From NCBI GenBank assembly GCA_965213625.1, contig CBDBZU010000004.1, positions 1,952,001-2,016,000 of the forward strand: a DNA stretch of 64,000 bases, written 5' to 3'. The DNA is from a bacterium (GTDB lineage: Bacteria > UBA8248). The position numbers were made by a program, and so were the translations under genes. Shown here piece by piece: positions 59,972 through 64,000 of the stretch (its first letter is position 1; each line of letters opens with the position of its first letter). The notes beneath the pieces were generated by a model. The model made no database searches. It saw nothing but the letters and a program-made list of their open reading frames with translations, and was not told where the DNA came from.

Positions 59972-60970
59972 ATGGCCACTGGCGCAGCCGTCGGCACCGA
60001 CACAATCCTGGAACTGAGAGACCTGCACACCTACTTCCATACCCCCGAGGGCACGGTGCGCGCCGTGGACGGCGTGAGCTACAGCCTGAAAGCAGGCGAG
60101 ACGCTCGGCGTAGTGGGCGAGTCGGGGTGCGGCAAGACGGTGACGGCGCTTTCGGTGCTTCGCCTCATCCCCGAGCCGCCGGGCGAGATATTCGGCGACG
60201 GCATCTTCTTCGAGGGCCGCGACCTGACGAAACTCGATACGAAGGAGTTGCGCGAGATAAGGGGCAACCACATCTCGATGATTTTCCAGGAACCGATGAC
60301 GAGTTTGAACCCCGTGTTCACCGTCGGTTTCCAGATTGCGGAAGCCGTCATGCTCCACCAGGGCATGACGAAAAAAGACGCGATGGACAAGGCCGCCGAG
60401 ATGCTCGACCTGGTCGGAATCCCCCTGCCGCGCCAACGCGTGCGGGAATACCCACACCAGCTCTCAGGCGGCATGCGGCAGCGCGCGATGATCGCCATGG
60501 CGCTCTCGTGCAACCCGAAAATCCTCCTGGCCGATGAGCCGACCACGGCGCTCGACGTGACCATCCAGGCGCAGATACTCGACCTCATGGTCAAGCTGCA
60601 GGAAGAGCTCGGCACGGCGGTCATCCTCATCACGCACGACTTGGGCCTCGTGGCCGAGACGTGCAAGCGCGTCGTCGTCATGTATGCCGGCAAGGTGGTC
60701 GAGGAGGCGCCGACGGAAGAGATTTTCGGCAACCCGCTTCACCCCTATACCCGGGGGTTGCTCAACTCGATACCGAAGATCAACACCACGAAGCCGGGCG
60801 AGAAGATTCGTCTGGAGGAGATCAAGGGCATCGTGCCCAGTCTGAACCGCCTGCCGACGGGCTGCAGCTTCAACCCGAGGTGCCCGGAAGTGAAGGCGAT
60901 GTGCCTGGAGCACGAACCCGAACTCAAAGAGGTTTCCCCCGGACACTTCGTCCGCTGCCTCCTGTATTAG
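59972..60970 (+). CDS. oppD: Oligopeptide/dipeptide ABC ATPase (OppD/DppD)
   Basis: [31 protein letters not shown] and a C-terminal Cys motif. Confidence 0.9.
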   Translation: MATGAAVGTDTILELRDLHTYFHTPEGTVRAVDGVSYSLKAGETLGVVGESGCGKTVTALSVLRLIPEPPGEIFGDGIFFEGRDLTKLDTKELREIRGNHISMIFQEPMTSLNPVFTVGFQIAEAVMLHQGMTKKDAMDKAAEMLDLVGIPLPRQRVREYPHQLSGGMRQRAMIAMALSCNPKILLADEPTTALDVTIQAQILDLMVKLQEELGTAVILITHDLGLVAETCKRVVVMYAGKVVEEAPTEEIFGNPLHPYTRGLLNSIPKINTTKPGEKIRLEEIKGIVPSLNRLPTGCSFNPRCPEVKAMCLEHEPELKEVSPGHFVRCLLY

Positions 60971-61203
60971 AGCCGGATTTCCCGCCACTAGGCCGCCCGG
61001 AATCATTTTGTCTCCTCCTCTTGGAGAAAATGTGGATTTTGGGATATAGTCGCCTTTCTGTGGACGTAAGCGTTCGCACCGATTGACCTGAAATTAAATC
61101 CGCACATGCGTGGCCTGCGGCGAGAAATCCGACCGGTGGACCCGACTTCGGGTCCGCTTCTCGAGGCCGTAGCCACTGCAAAGGCAGGAAAGGAAACGCA
61201 TAT

Positions 61204-62349
61204 ATGTCGCCGATTCGCATCGCCATCGCCGGCGTGGGGAACTGCGCAAGTTCCCTGCTCCAGGGCATCGAGTATTACCGCCACCATCCCGAAGAGGAAT
61301 TGGGTCTCATGCACCGGGACCTGGGCGGCTACGAGCCGGAGGACATCGAGGTCGTGGCGGCTTTCGACATCGACGTCCGTAAGGTGGGGCAGCCGCTTCA
61401 TGTAGCGGCCTTCGCCAAGCCCAACTGCACGAAAACCATCTGGGAGAACCTGCCCGACTATGGCGTGAACGTGCGGATGGGGCCCATCCTGGACGGTGTG
61501 GCGTCACACATGGCGGAATACGCATCCGATCGCTCTTTTCTGCCCGCTGAGGCCGAACCCTGCGACGTGGCCGCGGAGCTTCGCGAGAGCGGGGCGGAAA
61601 TTTTATTGAACTTCATGCCGGTGGGTTCGGAGCAGGCGGCGCGCCATTACGCGGAAGCGGCGCTCGCGGCGGGCGTTTCCTTCATCAACTGCATGCCGGT
61701 CTTCATCGTCTCGGACCCAGAATGGGCGGGCCGCTTCACCGATGCGGGCATACCCGTGGTGGGAGACGACGTGAAGGCCCAGCTCGGCGCCACAATACTC
61801 CACCGCACGCTCGCCAGGCTTTGCGCGGACAGGGGCGTGAAGCTCAAGCGCACCTATCAGTTGAACACGGGCGGCAACACTGATTTTCTGAACATGCTGG
61901 AGCGCTCACGCCTGAAATCCAAGAAAATCTCGAAGACAGACGCCGTTCAGAGCCAGCTTCCCGAACCTCTCGATTCGGACGACATCCACATCGGGCCGTC
62001 TGACTACGTGCCATGGCAGGACGACAACAAGATATGCTTCCTGAGAATCGAGGCGGAAGGCTTCGGCGGCGTGCCGCTCGAAATCGAGGCGCGCCTCTCG
62101 GTTGAGGATTCCCCCAACTCAGGCGGCGTCGTCATCGACGCGATTCGCCTGGCGCGCATCGCGCGTGACAGGGGCGAGGCGGGGCCGCTCTACCCGGTGA
62201 GCGCTTACCTGATGAAACATCCCCCGGTTCAGGTGCCCGATTCCGTCTCGCATCAGATGATCGACGAGTTCATCGCGGGCGACCTTCGCGCAAGCGACCA
62301 GGTCGAGTTCAACGGCAACGGACTGCCTGCGCGCTACGACCACAAATAA
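61204..62349 (+). CDS. ino1: myo-Inositol-1-phosphate synthase
   Basis: GVGNCASSL, PVGSEQA, GDDVKAQLGATI, YQLNTGGNTDFLNM and DSPNSGG. Confidence 0.95.
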   Translation: MSPIRIAIAGVGNCASSLLQGIEYYRHHPEEELGLMHRDLGGYEPEDIEVVAAFDIDVRKVGQPLHVAAFAKPNCTKTIWENLPDYGVNVRMGPILDGVASHMAEYASDRSFLPAEAEPCDVAAELRESGAEILLNFMPVGSEQAARHYAEAALAAGVSFINCMPVFIVSDPEWAGRFTDAGIPVVGDDVKAQLGATILHRTLARLCADRGVKLKRTYQLNTGGNTDFLNMLERSRLKSKKISKTDAVQSQLPEPLDSDDIHIGPSDYVPWQDDNKICFLRIEAEGFGGVPLEIEARLSVEDSPNSGGVVIDAIRLARIARDRGEAGPLYPVSAYLMKHPPVQVPDSVSHQMIDEFIAGDLRASDQVEFNGNGLPARYDHK

Positions 62350-62370
62350 CGACTACGCTTCGGAACATGT

Positions 62371-62406
62371 AACCCCCGGGTTTGACGCCCGGGGGTTTTT
62401 GTTTTG
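62371..62406 (+). terminator. Intrinsic terminator after ino1
   Basis: AACCCCCGGG-loop-CCCGGGGGTT followed by a T-run. Confidence 0.8.
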
Positions 62407-62426
62407 CTCGGAAGGGGGAGGGCGCT

Positions 62427-62837
62427 TCAACCGCCGCCGTAGGTCTCTCCCGCGCGTTCTGAAAGCTCTATCCGCACGTCCTCGGGTCCCCGGATGTAGG
62501 CCGTCGTTCTCCCGCCCATGCCCGAGGGCGAGGGGTCACGGATGAAGTCCGCGCCCGCTTCTTTCATCTGCGCAGCGAGGCTGTGAATGTCGTCCACGGC
62601 GAAGGAGAAATGGTCGAGCCCCATCACGGCGTCTTGGTGGTTCTCCCCGATGCTCTCGCCCGGCCGCACGCCTCTCAGGAAAAGCCTGCCCTCGCCGACA
62701 CGGATGACGGCGTTGGGCGCGCCATGAAAGTTTTCTTCCTGGTAGATGACCTCGCCACCGAATATTTTTTCGAAAAAGGCGACCATCGCCTCCAAATCTT
62801 TGCAGATGATGTGCACATGATCGAACGATAAGTCCAT
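62427..62837 (-). CDS. VOC/glyoxalase family protein
   Basis: FDHVHI, GLDHFSFAVDD and YIRGPEDVRIEL. Confidence 0.9.
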   Translation of the reverse strand: MDLSFDHVHIICKDLEAMVAFFEKIFGGEVIYQEENFHGAPNAVIRVGEGRLFLRGVRPGESIGENHQDAVMGLDHFSFAVDDIHSLAAQMKEAGADFIRDPSPSGMGGRTTAYIRGPEDVRIELSERAGETYGGG

Positions 62838-62971
62838 GGACGACTCCTTTATATGACGGTTGGAACCCCTCGTTTTGATGAGGGCTAATGTCGCCCGTTC
62901 GGGGGCGTGTGGTCAATCGCTCCCATCGTGTAGAATGGCGAATCTCGAAAGAAGCGTAGGAGGGTATCCGA

Positions 62972-63865
62972 ATGGAGAAAATTCCCAGAAGCTGGAAGAC
63001 GGGGCTTCAGCGGATGGCCCCGGGTGTTTACGCCTACATTCAGGCGGGTGGGCTGAACGTCTCGAACGCGGGGCTCATCGTAGGGGATAGTGAGGCCTTG
63101 GTCATCGATTCTCTGTATGTACGGCCCATGACGCAGGCGTTTCAGGAGGCTATCCGCAATGCGACCCGAAAGCCGGTGCGCAAGATCGTCTGCACCCACC
63201 ACCATGCGGATCACACCCTGGGGCTAACATGGTTTGATAAGGAGATACCCGTCATCGCGCATCGCTACATGCGCGAGCGGATGATCGAGACAGGGCTCGA
63301 CCTCGCGCACTACCGGGGCGTGAACCCCGAATACGCAGGCGAACTCAAAAGGCTGAAGCCACGCTTTCCCGACGTCACCTACGAGGGCGGCATGACGCTT
63401 CGCCTGGGCAAGCGCGTCTTGGAACTCCACCACCTGGGCCATGCGCATTCCAAAGGCGACACCATCGTCTATCTGCCCGAAGAACGCGTTCTCTTCACGG
63501 GCGATATCTGCTTTCATTATGTGACGCCCGCCACCTTCGACGCCCACATCGGCGGGTGGATACGGATAGCGGACAGGATTCTCAAAACCTTCCCCATCGA
63601 GAGGGTCGTACCGGGGCACGGGCCGCCAGGGGATAAGAGAGCGCTCGAGAAAACATTGGGCTACCTCCGGCTCGTACGCAGGGAGGCGAAAAAACGCTTC
63701 GAAAAAGGAATCCCCGCCAAACGCGCCGCGCGCGAGATTCCGCTGGGCAGGTATACGGAGTGGATGAAGCCCGACCGCGTGGAGCAGGCCGTGATGAAGC
63801 TCTACAACGAGTTTAAAGGCCGTGGCGAGCAGGGGATATCGCTCCACGACGCCCGGGGCGGGTGA
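62972..63865 (+). CDS. MBL-fold metallo-hydrolase (cyclase-like)
   Basis: SNAGLIVG, THHHADH, AHSKGD, LFTGD and VPGHG. Confidence 0.92.
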   Translation: MEKIPRSWKTGLQRMAPGVYAYIQAGGLNVSNAGLIVGDSEALVIDSLYVRPMTQAFQEAIRNATRKPVRKIVCTHHHADHTLGLTWFDKEIPVIAHRYMRERMIETGLDLAHYRGVNPEYAGELKRLKPRFPDVTYEGGMTLRLGKRVLELHHLGHAHSKGDTIVYLPEERVLFTGDICFHYVTPATFDAHIGGWIRIADRILKTFPIERVVPGHGPPGDKRALEKTLGYLRLVRREAKKRFEKGIPAKRAAREIPLGRYTEWMKPDRVEQAVMKLYNEFKGRGEQGISLHDARGG

Positions 63866-63875
63866 GGAGGACGCG

Positions 63876-64000
63876 ATGCCCGAGAACTACGATCAAAGGC
63901 GCAGCCGCTGCATGCTCGATCAGTCATCGAACACGCAAAACCCCGTCCATCTCATCCTGAGAAGTCCCTATGTGCTGATGACGGGATATGCGAAAGAACA
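63876..64000 (+). CDS. Partial CDS running off the window end
   Basis: RBS GAGGAGG, ATG at 63876, open to the end of the window. Confidence 0.5.
   Translation, partial: MPENYDQRRSRCMLDQSSNTQNPVHLILRSPYVLMTGYAKE

Noticed and set aside
59972-60970. Orphan OppD without permease genes
   Set aside because: Stand-alone ABC ATPases serving distant permeases are common; nothing else unusual.

Overview
GC-rich bacterial DNA with two parts. (1) About 1-25.6 kb is an accessory region. It holds a frameshifted ankyrin gene, intact and decayed toxin-antitoxin/Abi modules, an IS remnant and a large surface lipoprotein. It also holds an integrative mobilisable element (IME) with a MOBF/TrwC relaxase, an ATPase-less coupling-protein-like gene, an RHH accessory gene and a candidate oriT. 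The IME leading region carries DUF2493, DUF4326, ssb, a small acidic ORF and a 4x Zn-ribbon protein, with an Frpo-like ssDNA-promoter hairpin, followed by HU, higBA and two tandem tyrosine integrases. Directly upstream of the integrases are two homologous ~170-nt structured elements that I cannot assign to a known RNA family; this is the most unusual signal. (2) About 26-64 kb looks chromosomal: a RAYT with GTAG-REPs and two other palindromic repeat families, a B12 uptake operon behind two cobalamin riboswitches, many catabolic enzymes (tandem CocE/NonD, ThDP enzyme, SDR, Gfo/Idh/MocA, M28), chrA, tRNA-Arg(CCG), nth and ino1. The gene content suggests a host-associated (possibly sponge-symbiont) bacterium, but that is inference only. 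No CRISPR array or rRNA was seen. All family calls come from motif recognition, not database searches.
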